From the IMG/VR virus record IMGVR_UViG_2872158770_000006: a stretch of 39,775 nucleotides of DNA. One strand, given 5' to 3'. Source of the stretch: a virus. Taxonomy: Duplodnaviria; Heunggongvirae; Uroviricota; Caudoviricetes. The notes beneath the pieces are model-generated. The model had not been told where the DNA came from. It made no database searches and saw only the letters and a list, made by a program, of their open reading frames with translations. Positions 24,256 to 34,609 of the stretch are shown here, one piece after another (the first letter of the stretch is position 1; each line of letters begins with the position of its first letter). A program made the translations under genes and the position numbers.

Positions 24256-26226
24256 ATGAGTACCACAACACGAAAATTTAAAACCATTATCACCGATACG
24301 GGTGCAAAAAAATTAGCGCAGGCAACCGCGCCAGATGGGAAACCTGTCCGCCTGACACATATGGCCGTGGGTGACGGCGGCGGTACTTTACCCACGCCAG
24401 ACAGTAAGCAGACCCGTCTTGTGCATGAGGTGTGGCGACATACCGTTAATCGCGTCACCCTGGACGCAACACATCAGAACCACATTATTGCGGAGCTGGT
24501 TATTCCTCCTGAAACGGGCGGATTCTGGATCCGGGAAATTGGTGTGTTTGATGAGCACGGCGATTTGATCGCGGTAGGCAATACTGCCGAAAGTTACAAG
24601 CCAACCGTTGCCGAAGGATCCGGACGTGCACAAACATTTCGCACCATTCTGACCGTATCCAGCACTGCCACTGTGGCGCTTACCGTGGATAACACCATGG
24701 TGATGGCCACAGTGAATTACGTGGATGACAAACTGAAAGAGCATGAACAGTCACGACGTCACCCGGACGCCTCGCTGACCGCAAAAGGCCTTGTCCAGCT
24801 CAGCAACACCACCAACAGCACGTCTGAAACGCTGGCAGCGACACCAAAAGCCGTTAAGGCAGTAATGGATGAAACGAACAAGAAAGCCCCATTAAACAGC
24901 CCGGCACTGACCGGAACGCCAACAACACCAACTGCGCGACAGGGAACGAATAATACCCAAATCGCAAGCACGGCTTTCGTTATGGCTGCGATTGCCGCAC
25001 TTGTAGACTCTTCGCCTGATGCACTGAACACACTGAACGAGCTGGCGGCGGCGCTGGGCAACGACCCGAATTTTGCGACCACCATGACTAACGCGCTTGC
25101 GGGTAAGCAACCGAAAGATGCCACTCTGACGGCGCTGGCGGGGCTTGCTACTGCGGCAGACAGGTTTCCGTATTTTACGGGGAATGATGTCGCCAGCCTG
25201 GCAACCCTGACAAAAGTCGGGCGGGATATTCTTGCGAAATCGACCGTTGCCGCCGTTATCGAATACCTCGGTTTACAGGAAACGGTAAATCAGGCTTCTG
25301 GCGCATTACAGAAAAACCAGAACGGCGCAGATATTCCGGGGAAAGATACCTTCACCAAAAATATTGGTGCCTGCCGCGCATATAGCTCATGGCTGAATAT
25401 TGGTGGCGATAGTCAGGTCTGGACAACCGCGCAATTTATTTCGTGGCTGGAGAGTCAGGGAGCATTTAACCATCCTTACTGGATGTGCAAAGGCTCATGG
25501 GCTTATGCAAATAATAAGGTCATTACAGATACAGGTTGCGGAAATATTTGTCTTGCAGGTGCTGTGGTGGAAGTTATTGGCACTCGCGGCGCAATGACCA
25601 TACGCGTTACCACGCCGAGCACGTCCAGCGGTGGCGGAATTACTAACGCTCAATTCACTTATATTAATCATGGTGATGCTTACGCTCCTGGCTGGCGACG
25701 AGACTACAACACGAAAAATCAACAACCTGCATTTGCTTTAGGGCAAACAGGAAGCACTGTCGGAAATGATAAAGCTGTTGGCTGGAACTGGAATAGCGGG
25801 GTCTATAACGCAAACATTGGTGGCGCATCGACATTAATCCTCCACTTCAATATGAATACGGGGAGCTGCCCTGCTGTACAGTTCCGCGTGAATTACAGGA
25901 ACGGCGGTATTTTTTATCGTTCAGCGCGTGATGGTTATGGCTTTGAAGCTGACTGGTCAGAGTTTTACACCACAACCCGCAAACCCTCTGCGGGAGATGT
26001 TGGTGCATATACGCAGGCAGAATGTAACTCAAGGTTTATTACAGGTATTCGCCTTGGTGGTCTGTTATCTGTTCAGACATGGAATGGTCCCGGATGGTCT
26101 GACAGGTCAGGTTATGTTGTTACCGGTTCCGTTAACTCAAACAGAGATGAACTAATTGATACAACTCAGGCAAGGCCAATTCAGTATTGCATTAATGGGA
26201 CGTGGTATAACGCGGGGAGTATTTAA
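24256..26226 (+). CDS. H: Tail fibre protein (P2 gpH family): constant N-terminal part joined to a variable C-terminal part inside the invertible segment
   Basis: 656 aa; the crossover site lies in-frame at 25256-25281; C-terminus ...IQYCINGTWYNAGSI is shared with the alternative exon. Confidence 0.85.
   Translation: MSTTTRKFKTIITDTGAKKLAQATAPDGKPVRLTHMAVGDGGGTLPTPDSKQTRLVHEVWRHTVNRVTLDATHQNHIIAELVIPPETGGFWIREIGVFDEHGDLIAVGNTAESYKPTVAEGSGRAQTFRTILTVSSTATVALTVDNTMVMATVNYVDDKLKEHEQSRRHPDASLTAKGLVQLSNTTNSTSETLAATPKAVKAVMDETNKKAPLNSPALTGTPTTPTARQGTNNTQIASTAFVMAAIAALVDSSPDALNTLNELAAALGNDPNFATTMTNALAGKQPKDATLTALAGLATAADRFPYFTGNDVASLATLTKVGRDILAKSTVAAVIEYLGLQETVNQASGALQKNQNGADIPGKDTFTKNIGACRAYSSWLNIGGDSQVWTTAQFISWLESQGAFNHPYWMCKGSWAYANNKVITDTGCGNICLAGAVVEVIGTRGAMTIRVTTPSTSSGGGITNAQFTYINHGDAYAPGWRRDYNTKNQQPAFALGQTGSTVGNDKAVGWNWNSGVYNANIGGASTLILHFNMNTGSCPAVQFRVNYRNGGIFYRSARDGYGFEADWSEFYTTTRKPSAGDVGAYTQAECNSRFITGIRLGGLLSVQTWNGPGWSDRSGYVVTGSVNSNRDELIDTTQARPIQYCINGTWYNAGSI
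25256..25281. repeat. Left recombination site (gix/hix-like) for the serine invertase, inside the fibre gene
   Basis: TTATCGAATACCTCGGTTTACAGGAA; inverted repeat of the site at 28331-28356; matches the remembered gix/hix consensus TTATC.AAACC.CGGTTTACAGGAA. Confidence 0.75.
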
Positions 26227-26228
26227 CG

Positions 26229-26762
26229 ATGATGCACTTAAAAAACATTTCTGCTGGTAATCCTGAAACAAAAGAGCAATACCAGCTAACGAAACAATTT
26301 AACATCAAATGGCTTTATACAGAGGATGGGAAAAACTGGTATGAGGAACAAAAGAACTTTCAGCCTGATACGTTGAAAATGGTCTATGACCACAACGGCG
26401 TTATTATTTGTATTGAAAAGGATGTTTCAGCAATTAATCCGGAAGGCGCAAGCGTCGTTGAGGTTCCTGATATTACAGCAAATCGCCGGGCTGATATTTC
26501 AGGTAAATGGATGTTCAAAGATGGCGTAGTGATAAAGCGAACTTATACCGGGGAAGAGCAGAGGCAACAAGCGGAAAATGAAAAGCAAAGCCTGCTACAG
26601 CTCGTCAGGGATAAAACCCAGCTATGGGACTCACAGCTACGGCTGGGCATTATTTCCGACGAGAATAAACAAAAATTAACCGAGTGGATGCTCTATGCGC
26701 AGAAGGTCGAATCCACAGACACCTCCAGCCTGCCAGTAACGTTTCCCGAACAACCAGAATGA
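26229..26762 (+). CDS. G: Tail fibre assembly chaperone, P2 gpG family
   Basis: 177 aa, MMHLKNISAGNPETKEQYQL...; paralogous to the minus-strand copy at 26791-27318. Confidence 0.8.
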   Translation: MMHLKNISAGNPETKEQYQLTKQFNIKWLYTEDGKNWYEEQKNFQPDTLKMVYDHNGVIICIEKDVSAINPEGASVVEVPDITANRRADISGKWMFKDGVVIKRTYTGEEQRQQAENEKQSLLQLVRDKTQLWDSQLRLGIISDENKQKLTEWMLYAQKVESTDTSSLPVTFPEQPE

Positions 26763-26765
26763 AAC

Positions 26766-26790
26766 AAGGCCCGATATCGGGCCTTAATTT
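26766..26790. terminator. Bidirectional terminator between convergent G and G'
   Basis: Hairpin AAGGCCCGATATCGGGCCTT flanked by T-rich sequence on both strands. Confidence 0.6.
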
Positions 26791-27318
26791 TTACTCAGGC
26801 TTTTGTGGCCATTCTGGCTTTGCCGTATCCACACGGCTGACCAGAACACTGTAGCGTTCCCATGCTTCCAGTCGTGTGCGTTCCTCGTCCGTCGCCATAT
26901 TCAGCCTGACAGCGCGTTCCAGCGGCTGGATGACTGATTCAGCTTCGGAAAGCAATGCGGCCTTTTGTGATTCGGCCTGTTGTTGCTGTTCGTCAGCCGT
27001 ATAAATCCGTTTAACCACAGCTCCGTCCTTAAACATCCACTTACCGGAATCATCAGCACGACGATTAGCTGTAATATCAGGAACCTCAACGACGCTATAA
27101 CCTTCAGGGTTAAGCGTGGAGGCATCTTTGGTGATGGCGACAATAATATTATTTGCATCGTAAACAATCTTTATTGTGTCTGGCTGAAAGTTCTTCACTT
27201 CCTCATACCAGTTTTTTCCGTCCTCAGAGTAAAGCCAGATGACTCCGTGCTTCTTTGTTAACTCATACTGCTCCACTGTTTTAGCATTACCTGCTTTTAT
27301 GTTCTTTAAGTGCATCAT
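26791..27318 (-). CDS. Alternative tail fibre assembly chaperone (G'), expressed after inversion
   Basis: [20 protein letters not shown]... closely parallels G; lies inside the invertible segment on the opposite strand. Confidence 0.75.
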   Translation of the reverse strand: MMHLKNIKAGNAKTVEQYELTKKHGVIWLYSEDGKNWYEEVKNFQPDTIKIVYDANNIIVAITKDASTLNPEGYSVVEVPDITANRRADDSGKWMFKDGAVVKRIYTADEQQQQAESQKAALLSEAESVIQPLERAVRLNMATDEERTRLEAWERYSVLVSRVDTAKPEWPQKPE

Positions 27319-27319
27319 A

Positions 27320-28330
27320 TTAAATACTCGCCACATTATACCAAGTGCCATTTATATACTTTTGCACTGGCCTGTAATGAACGCCTGCAATATTATCGGC
27401 AGAGTTTTTTCCGGTATCCTGTACGTTAATCCCCGTCAGTACATAGCCTGACGGGCACTGAAAATTCCATGTTTGCCAGTTGTTCACTCCATAATATTGC
27501 TGTGAACCAAGTCGAACATCTTTCACATATCTGGAATCAAAATTGCCATAGTTGCCGGGAATAACTTGCGAGCCGCAAAGCCAGTTCCCGTTATTATCCA
27601 TGTACGCCTGACCATCGGTGCCATTGGCTGTCCTTGAGTTATTAATCATGTAGATGCCAAATTGCTTATTTCCCAGACCGCCAATCATAAATTTGCGGTC
27701 GGCATGGTCCTGACGGAGCAAAGCCTGAGCACCATCAGTGGATACCGCATTACGTCCCAAAATAACATTCTGGTCACGCATATGAATCCACATGCCGGTA
27801 CTACTGTTAATTGCAAAACGGTTTGCAAATATATCCCCTGTAACATCAAGACCATGCCCCATGCTTATCCGGCCAGTTCTGAGATTAAGCGTAAAGGGGC
27901 GTAGTGGCCCTATATTACCATTTTCCCCTTCATTCTCTCGTGTAGGGATGATATGCAGGCATTCTTCAGAACGACGAAAAATGGCACCAAAAGATGAATT
28001 AAATATCCTCAGTGCATTGACTGTCGATATTTTCACTTCACTGCTGAAAAGGGCTTCAACAAGAACAGACAAAGCATTCCATTTAAGATTCATCAGGTCT
28101 TTAGGCCGGGTGCCAATGATGCGGTGTCTCCATTTGAAATATTCATTGCCGTTGTTGCCTGTTTCAAACCACATGTAGGAATCGGTGTCTGCATCCGAAT
28201 TATTTTTAAACCCAATCTTTGCCCAGTCAGTATTTCGAATCCAGGCAAGGATTGAGTCGTTTTCAAAAGTAAGTCCACCGGACAACGTATCGCCATTTTT
28301 TTGCACGGCGTTACCAGCCTTGTTTACCGT
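27320..28330 (-). CDS. Promoterless alternative tail-fibre C-terminal segment (Hv'); becomes fused in-frame to the constant part after inversion
   Basis: Open frame runs from the right crossover site without its own start context; reading frame through the site matches the fibre gene frame (…[22 protein letters not shown]…); C-terminus …[12 protein letters not shown] parallels the resident variable end. Confidence 0.7.
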   Translation of the reverse strand, partial: TVNKAGNAVQKNGDTLSGGLTFENDSILAWIRNTDWAKIGFKNNSDADTDSYMWFETGNNGNEYFKWRHRIIGTRPKDLMNLKWNALSVLVEALFSSEVKISTVNALRIFNSSFGAIFRRSEECLHIIPTRENEGENGNIGPLRPFTLNLRTGRISMGHGLDVTGDIFANRFAINSSTGMWIHMRDQNVILGRNAVSTDGAQALLRQDHADRKFMIGGLGNKQFGIYMINNSRTANGTDGQAYMDNNGNWLCGSQVIPGNYGNFDSRYVKDVRLGSQQYYGVNNWQTWNFQCPSGYVLTGINVQDTGKNSADNIAGVHYRPVQKYINGTWYNVASI

Positions 28331-28356
28331 TTCCTGTAAACCGAGGTTTTAGATAA
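28331..28356. repeat. Right recombination site (gix/hix-like)
   Basis: TTCCTGTAAACCGAGGTTTTAGATAA, a near-exact match to the remembered gix/hix consensus, 55 bp upstream of the invertase start. Confidence 0.8.
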
Positions 28357-28410
28357 TGGCCGTTTCCGGCCTGCATGGCATGATTTGCGCTTTTGGACGG
28401 GAGATTCAGC

Positions 28411-28998
28411 GTGCTGATTGGCTATGTAAGGGTATCAACAAATGACCAGAATACAGACCTGCAACGAAACGCTCTTGTTTGTGCAGGATGTGAACAAATA
28501 TTTGAAGATAAATTAAGCGGGACAAAGACAGACCGACCGGGATTAAAACGCGCTTTAAAGCGCCTTCAAAAAGGTGACACGCTGGTTGTCTGGAAACTGG
28601 ATCGCCTCGGGCGAAGCATGAAACATCTGATTTCTCTCGTCGGGGAACTACGGGAGCGAGGAATTAATTTTCGCAGTCTGACCGACAGCATAGATACATC
28701 TTCTCCAATGGGGCGTTTTTTCTTCCACGTGATGGGTGCCCTGGCTGAAATGGAACGTGAATTAATTGTTGAACGTACACTGGCCGGACTGGCGGCAGCA
28801 CGCGCACGGGGGCGCACAGGCGGACGTCGACCGAAGCTGACAAAAGAACAGCATGAGCAAATAGCAAGGCTGATCAAAAACGGGCACGACAGAAAACAAC
28901 TGGCAATAATTTACGGCATTGGTATATCGACGATTTATCGTTACCACCCCGCAGGAGAATCAATCGGAACAATAGAGAAGAGTCAGGAAACAAAATAA
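28411..28998 (+). CDS. Serine DNA invertase of the Gin/Hin/Cin/Pin family
   Basis: GTG start; MLIGYVRVSTNDQNTDLQRNAL... with catalytic Ser in YVRVST; near-identical to remembered Mu Gin over the first roughly 140 aa; C-terminal HTH. Confidence 0.9.
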   Translation: MLIGYVRVSTNDQNTDLQRNALVCAGCEQIFEDKLSGTKTDRPGLKRALKRLQKGDTLVVWKLDRLGRSMKHLISLVGELRERGINFRSLTDSIDTSSPMGRFFFHVMGALAEMERELIVERTLAGLAAARARGRTGGRRPKLTKEQHEQIARLIKNGHDRKQLAIIYGIGISTIYRYHPAGESIGTIEKSQETK

Positions 28999-29030
28999 CC
29001 GCTAATCTGACCATTAGCGGTTTTTGTGTT
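28999..29030. terminator. Bidirectional rho-independent terminator between the invertase (+) and U (-)
   Basis: Stem CCGCTAAT/ATTAGCGG with loop CTGACC, followed by TTTTTGTGTT on the plus strand and TTATTTTGTTT on the minus strand. Confidence 0.6.
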
Positions 29031-29033
29031 AAA

Positions 29034-29528
29034 TCAGAACAACCCTTTAACTGAACTGGCCGCGCTGTTAAGGGATGATGTTACCTTATCTTTGAAGCCG
29101 GACAGCATATCGCTGAACGATGAGGATTGCAGGCGCTCCCGCAAATCCTCATCACAGCGTTCAAGAGTCAGTGAAAATTCTATCTTTTTCGCCTTACCGT
29201 AGCGATCAAACTCGGAGCGGGTCGTATTCGTTTCGGTCAGGACATACATGCCGTAAATCTGCCCGACGCCATCAATCAGAGGCCAGGGTCGTCCTGTATA
29301 CGCCTGCGTGGTCAGCAGCGACAGCGACACTTCGCCACCTGTAATTTCAGGATAAAGCACACCAGAAAGAACGATGCGCTCATCACCTGCACCGATATAC
29401 TGCCAGCTTGCCGAACGGTTAACGCGTTCATTTTTCACATGCCGCCAGCTTTTGTTTTGCTGTAACTGCTGATGCGGCAATGTACGCAGCTCAAAAACAA
29501 ACATGCCGTAGATCATCATCATGGCCAT
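29034..29528 (-). CDS. U: Tail protein, P2 gpU family
   Basis: 164 aa; SWRH, TGG, LIDG and SEF segments align with remembered P2 gpU. Confidence 0.8.
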   Translation of the reverse strand: MAMMMIYGMFVFELRTLPHQQLQQNKSWRHVKNERVNRSASWQYIGAGDERIVLSGVLYPEITGGEVSLSLLTTQAYTGRPWPLIDGVGQIYGMYVLTETNTTRSEFDRYGKAKKIEFSLTLERCDEDLRERLQSSSFSDMLSGFKDKVTSSLNSAASSVKGLF

Positions 29529-29534
29529 GACTCC

Positions 29535-32378
29535 TCAATCTTTATCGTAAAAACTGCCACGCCCGGCACGGGCGCGCCGTTCCATTTCTGCCCTGACCAT
29601 TTCACCGACCAGTTTCGCCAGTTCGCGGGGATTCTGCGTAACAACGTTATGCAGATGAACATGAATTTCACCACCAAATCCGGAGGCAACAGGCTCCCGG
29701 TTACGGGAAGTTACAGGAACTGATGCCACTGGAGAGCGTATGGCCTCCGCCACCGGGCGGGAGCTGGCCGCAACAACAGGGACCAGCGCCGGAGGCAGCG
29801 GAGCCGGGACCACGGGTGTGATATTAATTGCGGGGGCAGGCTTACTGACCTGCGCAATCTTCCGCTCCTGCCACTCCCCACGAACAGCAAGTGCGCGGGG
29901 CAGGTTCTTAAAGACAATATCGCCGGGGCCAATGCGTTTTTTCGTCTCATCAACCAGCTTACCTGTGTTATCAGCAATTTTGCTGAGTCTGCGTAGCGTC
30001 CCGGTATTGCTGTCTGTGAGCGGTTTGTTGTCTTTGGGTTTATCACCTCCGGTGCCATTGCCATTTTCCACAGGCTTCGGCGGATTGATTTTCGCCAGGT
30101 CCCCCTGAAGCAAGGCAACCTTGTCCTGAAGAATGGCCGCACGCTGTGCGTCTTCGATTTTCTTGCGCGCCCTTTCCGCTTCATCCGGAAGGACGCCAAG
30201 TTTTTCAAGTATCCACGCCAGCGTATCCAGTAGCATTTTTGCAGGTGTCAGAACAAGTTGTAACGCACCGCCAAGAACGTTACCGAATATCTCGCCAGCA
30301 CTGGCACATTTATCCAGCGTTTCCTTGCTGGACTCCATCGGTGACAGCAGCGATTTAAACCAGTTAAAGACCTGAATAATCCCATCGCGCACGACATCAA
30401 AAACAGGGCCAAACCGTTCAAAGGTTTCGCGCAACGGGGTCAGCCTTTCCATAATCCCGCTGAACACCCCGGCAAAAAATGCCCTGATGGGATCCCAGTA
30501 TTTCCAGATAAGAACGGCAGCTCCGGCAAGCGCAGCCACGATAAGACTAACCGGACTGAACAGCGCCCCGATAGCGCCACCAAGTAAAGAAACGGAACCC
30601 GTCACCATTCCCCATAATGCAGGCAGAACCCTGACAACATTCATTGATTCGGTCAGGAGAGAAAAACCGAGACGCAACGTAGCCAGCTTCCCGTGAAGCA
30701 CCCCAATAACCAGAGACAACGAACCAACCGTTGCTGTTGTCGCCAGCAGTGCGCCTCCCGCTATCAGTAACTGGCGCGTCAGTGCCGGGTGGGCCTGCGC
30801 CAGCGCCGTCACCTTTGAGACAACCCGCGTGAGCCACTGCGTGACAGAACGCAGCGGACCGTCAACCAGATCACTGATGCGAATACGCAGACCTTCCCAT
30901 GCACTGCCGAGTGATTTCAGGTTGCCATCAAGGTTATTGGCCATAACCTTTGCCGTGCGTTCTGCCTCACCGCGCGCGCCTTCAAGTTCTTTTCTCAGTT
31001 TGGCTAAGAAGCCGTCACCTGCCGCATCAACGAGGCCCATAAATGATGTGAAAGCCTCTTCTCCGGCAATGTCCTTAAAGAACGATACCCGGTCAACCTC
31101 CCCGTATTTGCGGGTGGCTTTATAGAGATCGGCCAGCACATTCTCCATCGGGCGCATTTTGCCTTTGGCGTCAGCAACTGACACCCCCAGCTCTTTCAGT
31201 GCTTCTGCCGCTGCCTTTGGCGGTGATGACAGATTGGCCAGGCTTTTACGCAACGCTGTACCTGCATCACTCCCCCTGATACCCATCTTCGCCAGCACGC
31301 CCGCCATCGCTGCGGCCTGCTCCAGCGATATTCCCAGCTTACCCGCCACCGGACCTGCATATTTCATGGTTTCGCCCAGTGCGCGAAGGTCAGTGTTGGT
31401 ACGGGTAAACGCTGCGGTAAGTGTGTCACCGACCCGGTCCATCTGGTCAGCAGAGAGGCCGAACTGCGTCAGGATATTGGAACCAATATCCGCCGTCTCG
31501 CCGAGGTCCATACCGCCAGCCGTTGCCATGCTCAGCACGCCGGGAAGCGCAGCCTGAATGGCCTGCGGTGTGAAACCAGCCATTGCAAGAAATGCCTGTC
31601 CACTGGCGGCATCGCCTGCGGTGAACTGCGTTTCAGAGCCAAGTTTTAACGCCTGCTCACGCAGCGCCTTAAACTGCGGGCTGTTTTTATCGATTCGCGT
31701 CAGTGCCTGAACACGGGACATCTCTTTCCCGAACCCGATAGCGGGCTGCAAAAAACGCCCGGCAGCATAGCCGCCCGCTGCCGCCGCACCTGTTGCCAGC
31801 GCACCACCTGTTTTCAGTTTTCCCGCTGTTTCCTGCGCGCGTGAATACCGCTCACGCGCCTGCGTTACACGCGCAAGCGCCCGCCGTTCGCGTTCAAGCT
31901 GGTTGTTGTATTGTCCGGTGCGTCTGATGGCCTGCTGGATGGTGTTATCGCTGCCTGTCAGGGAAATGCCGTGGCGTTTCAGCTCTCCGCCAAGTTCCCG
32001 CATTTTCTGAATTTCCCGTGTGCGCGATTCATTCAGGCGTTCAAGCCGGGTGCTTAACTGCTGCATCAGCTTTTGTTGTTTTTCGCTGAGCACTGTACCC
32101 GTGCGTTGTAACTGATTAAGGGCGTTAAGCTGGCGTCGTGCTTTCACGATGCCCGCATCCGCTTTACTGACAGCGTCACGGGCGCGCTCAAATGAACGCG
32201 CCTGACGCTCGAGATTTTTGATCGCCCCCTGCGTTCGCTGGATGGAGTCACCAAACTGCCCCATCAGGCGGCGGGCGTTTTCGGCAGGCCGGGTCAGCCT
32301 GTCAACGGCGCTGAAAGCGACCCGGATATCAAGAGTCTTCATTGTCTGCATTCCCGCTGCGAAGTGCCGCCCGCTCAC
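29535..32378 (-). CDS. T: Tail tape measure protein, P2 gpT family
   Basis: 947 aa, N-terminal coiled coil, central Ala/Gly-rich hydrophobic stretches; typical tape-measure composition and position. Confidence 0.85.
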   Translation of the reverse strand: MSGRHFAAGMQTMKTLDIRVAFSAVDRLTRPAENARRLMGQFGDSIQRTQGAIKNLERQARSFERARDAVSKADAGIVKARRQLNALNQLQRTGTVLSEKQQKLMQQLSTRLERLNESRTREIQKMRELGGELKRHGISLTGSDNTIQQAIRRTGQYNNQLERERRALARVTQARERYSRAQETAGKLKTGGALATGAAAAGGYAAGRFLQPAIGFGKEMSRVQALTRIDKNSPQFKALREQALKLGSETQFTAGDAASGQAFLAMAGFTPQAIQAALPGVLSMATAGGMDLGETADIGSNILTQFGLSADQMDRVGDTLTAAFTRTNTDLRALGETMKYAGPVAGKLGISLEQAAAMAGVLAKMGIRGSDAGTALRKSLANLSSPPKAAAEALKELGVSVADAKGKMRPMENVLADLYKATRKYGEVDRVSFFKDIAGEEAFTSFMGLVDAAGDGFLAKLRKELEGARGEAERTAKVMANNLDGNLKSLGSAWEGLRIRISDLVDGPLRSVTQWLTRVVSKVTALAQAHPALTRQLLIAGGALLATTATVGSLSLVIGVLHGKLATLRLGFSLLTESMNVVRVLPALWGMVTGSVSLLGGAIGALFSPVSLIVAALAGAAVLIWKYWDPIRAFFAGVFSGIMERLTPLRETFERFGPVFDVVRDGIIQVFNWFKSLLSPMESSKETLDKCASAGEIFGNVLGGALQLVLTPAKMLLDTLAWILEKLGVLPDEAERARKKIEDAQRAAILQDKVALLQGDLAKINPPKPVENGNGTGGDKPKDNKPLTDSNTGTLRRLSKIADNTGKLVDETKKRIGPGDIVFKNLPRALAVRGEWQERKIAQVSKPAPAINITPVVPAPLPPALVPVVAASSRPVAEAIRSPVASVPVTSRNREPVASGFGGEIHVHLHNVVTQNPRELAKLVGEMVRAEMERRARAGRGSFYDKD

Positions 32379-32858
32379 GCCAGCTAACCACTTCGCCGGG
32401 CGTCATCATGAAGATTTCGGCGGGCGACCAGTTAAAAATGGCGGCAATATCCGCCACAAAGTCTTCTATGTGCTCAAAGCACACAACCGTGATCAGGCTT
32501 CCGTCGCCTGTTCGTTCTTCTCGCCAGAGTCCGCACCGCTCAAAAAATTTACGGCAACCACACATAACTGAATAAAGTCACGGGATGCCATTTTTTTGAT
32601 CGTCACTTCATCCAGTCGCGGTGATGTCACGCGTGACAGCAGCGTAAACATGGATTCCGCTTTCAAATTCAGCACATCAGACAGCGACAAATCTCGCAGA
32701 GATCCAGCCTGCTCAATAGCCCCGGTGATCTCCACATACGTGATTTTTTCGCCGCCTCGCTCAATTGGTTGGGTAAGTTTTACGCCACGCTCACTGGTTT
32801 CTTTCACAGTGTCAGCAACGACCGTGTTTTCGGTATCGATGTTTTTCGTCTCTTTCAT
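32329..32858 (-). CDS. E: Tail assembly chaperones E and E+E' (programmed -1 frameshift); E alone is 32493-32858
   Basis: Slippery heptamer T_TTT_TTG (minus strand, complement of 32541-32547) 16 codons before the E stop; the -1 frame continues as ...FFERCGLWREERTGDG... to 32329, overlapping the T start. Confidence 0.75.
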
Positions 32859-32912
32859 CAGGAAACTCCTTTCAGTCAGAGGCGACGCACTGCGCCGCCT
32901 GCATATTACTTA

Positions 32913-33425
32913 TCAGCCAAGCCCGAGCGCGGAACGGATGCGATCGGGCACAATGTCCCTGCCGTCCTTCCGGTAAATGAAGTTCAGCAGGTCAATCTCC
33001 CACAACGGGCGATCGTTAACACTCAGCTTGTAGTAGGTGTTTTTAATGGCGTAAGTGTGTGATGTGGCTTCGCCCTGTTTGGCTTCCCCCATATCAATTT
33101 CCGTCACACGTCCGCGCATTTCGACTTCATACAGGTCGCTTTCAGCGTCGGTGTAGTATTCACCCGCAAAACGCAGCAGCGTACCGTCAATCGTGCCGCC
33201 ATACTTAAGGAACAGCTCACGAACTGCGCCCCCCATGACAAAGCTCGCATCAAGCGCGGAGTCATCCAGGCCGAGATCAATACTTACCGCTCCCATCATG
33301 CCACCACCCCGGTAGCTGTCGGTTTTGCGCGTCAGCTTAGGCAGAGTGACGGACGTCACCTTACCCACTTCGTTTTCACCATCCACAAACAGCGTAAAAA
33401 AGCGAAGATGTTTTGGTACAGCCAT
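32913..33425 (-). CDS. FII: Tail tube protein, P2 gpFII family
   Basis: 170 aa; size and position immediately downstream of the sheath gene. Confidence 0.85.
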   Translation of the reverse strand: MAVPKHLRFFTLFVDGENEVGKVTSVTLPKLTRKTDSYRGGGMMGAVSIDLGLDDSALDASFVMGGAVRELFLKYGGTIDGTLLRFAGEYYTDAESDLYEVEMRGRVTEIDMGEAKQGEATSHTYAIKNTYYKLSVNDRPLWEIDLLNFIYRKDGRDIVPDRIRSALGLG

Positions 33426-34609
33426 CAGGCACCTCCCAGCACCGCAAATGCGGGACCAAAGAATTCATCAGTAAACGACTGGTAAAGCTCCATGTCTTCC
33501 AGCGGGGGAACAGGCGTATATTTGTAGCGAATACGCACGCGCCCCTGACGTAAATTCGTGGTGCCGTTATCCACCACGTCATACCAGCACGACGCCCCAA
33601 TCAGTTTCCCGGCAGTAACCAGTGAATCCAGTTTTGCCCTGATGGCACCGATAACATCCTTCACGTTCGCAGGCGTCAGTGGACTGTCGATGGTTTCAAA
33701 CTGCGCTTCCGCAATTGAATCAGCCAGCACCTGTGCGGTTCGGGTATACACCTCAAAGATGTAGGCGTTCGTTTCCGGTGTGCGGTTGCCCCAGAAGCGG
33801 AACCCGTTGCGACGAATAATGGTCGTGATTTCTTTGTTGTTGAGGCTGTTGGCATCACTGTCTTCGGCCTGCAACGACCAGAACACATGCCTGGACATCC
33901 CCAGCACATTTTTAACCGGAACGTTGGACAGCGATTTGTGCCAGCCCTGCTCATGGTCAATGTACGCACGAAGGCCGCACGCATAGGCAGGCGCGGGGAA
34001 CGTTTCGTTTTTGCCACTTTTCGGGTTGTAGGCGATGAAGTCCGGCCATAAGAGCATCACCTCACGTTCGTTGAATTTCTGGCGGTAGGTAATTGCCTCA
34101 GCCATCGTGTTACAGTCATGACATGAGGCATACACAAACGCGCGCAGTTTACCCGCAATCACGCACAGGGATTTTGTCACCGCCTCCGTGTCCAGCTCCG
34201 GCGCGGCCAGAATACGCGGACGGTATCCGATGCTTTCATCCTGCTCTGCAACAAGCAGCGCATACATCCCCGTATAGCTGCCGTCAGATTCAGAACCACC
34301 GATAACCAGTTGATCCTGCGTTTTTCCGTCTTCTTCTTTGTGTTCAGCCACGCGAACGACGATCACCTTTGTGCTCACCTGGTCTGCGATGGCCTTAAGC
34401 GCACGATAAAGCGTCCCCGTTGTTCCGCATTTTCCCAGCACGTCATTGACGCGGGGCAGCAGTGTGGGCTTGTTCAGCGGGAACAGCTCCGCGTCCGCAT
34501 CATCCGCCGTTGCCACGATACCGATAACGCTGGAATCAACATCGTTAATCGCTGTTACCAGGTCGGTATTTTCCGTAACACGGGCACCATGAAAACGAGT
34601 TTCACTCAT
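33425..34609 (-). CDS. FI: Contractile tail sheath protein, P2 gpFI family
   Basis: 394 aa; size and position; start overlaps FII. Confidence 0.9.
   Translation of the reverse strand: MSETRFHGARVTENTDLVTAINDVDSSVIGIVATADDADAELFPLNKPTLLPRVNDVLGKCGTTGTLYRALKAIADQVSTKVIVVRVAEHKEEDGKTQDQLVIGGSESDGSYTGMYALLVAEQDESIGYRPRILAAPELDTEAVTKSLCVIAGKLRAFVYASCHDCNTMAEAITYRQKFNEREVMLLWPDFIAYNPKSGKNETFPAPAYACGLRAYIDHEQGWHKSLSNVPVKNVLGMSRHVFWSLQAEDSDANSLNNKEITTIIRRNGFRFWGNRTPETNAYIFEVYTRTAQVLADSIAEAQFETIDSPLTPANVKDVIGAIRAKLDSLVTAGKLIGASCWYDVVDNGTTNLRQGRVRIRYKYTPVPPLEDMELYQSFTDEFFGPAFAVLGGA

Larger units (their letters stand above)
25256..28356. other. Invertible tail-fibre segment (about 3.1 kb, G-segment-like) bounded by inverted crossover sites
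   Basis: Contains the variable fibre end plus G in one orientation and G' plus the alternative fibre end in the other, convergent on a bidirectional terminator; adjacent Gin-like invertase. Confidence 0.7.

Noticed and set aside
29711-30208. Several 70-170-aa ORFs on both strands inside the tape-measure gene (for example 29711-30208, 29740-30108, 31159-31557)
   Set aside because: They are embedded in the T gene, and their Ala/Ser/Pro-rich translations are typical of alternative-frame artefacts of a GC-rich repetitive gene.
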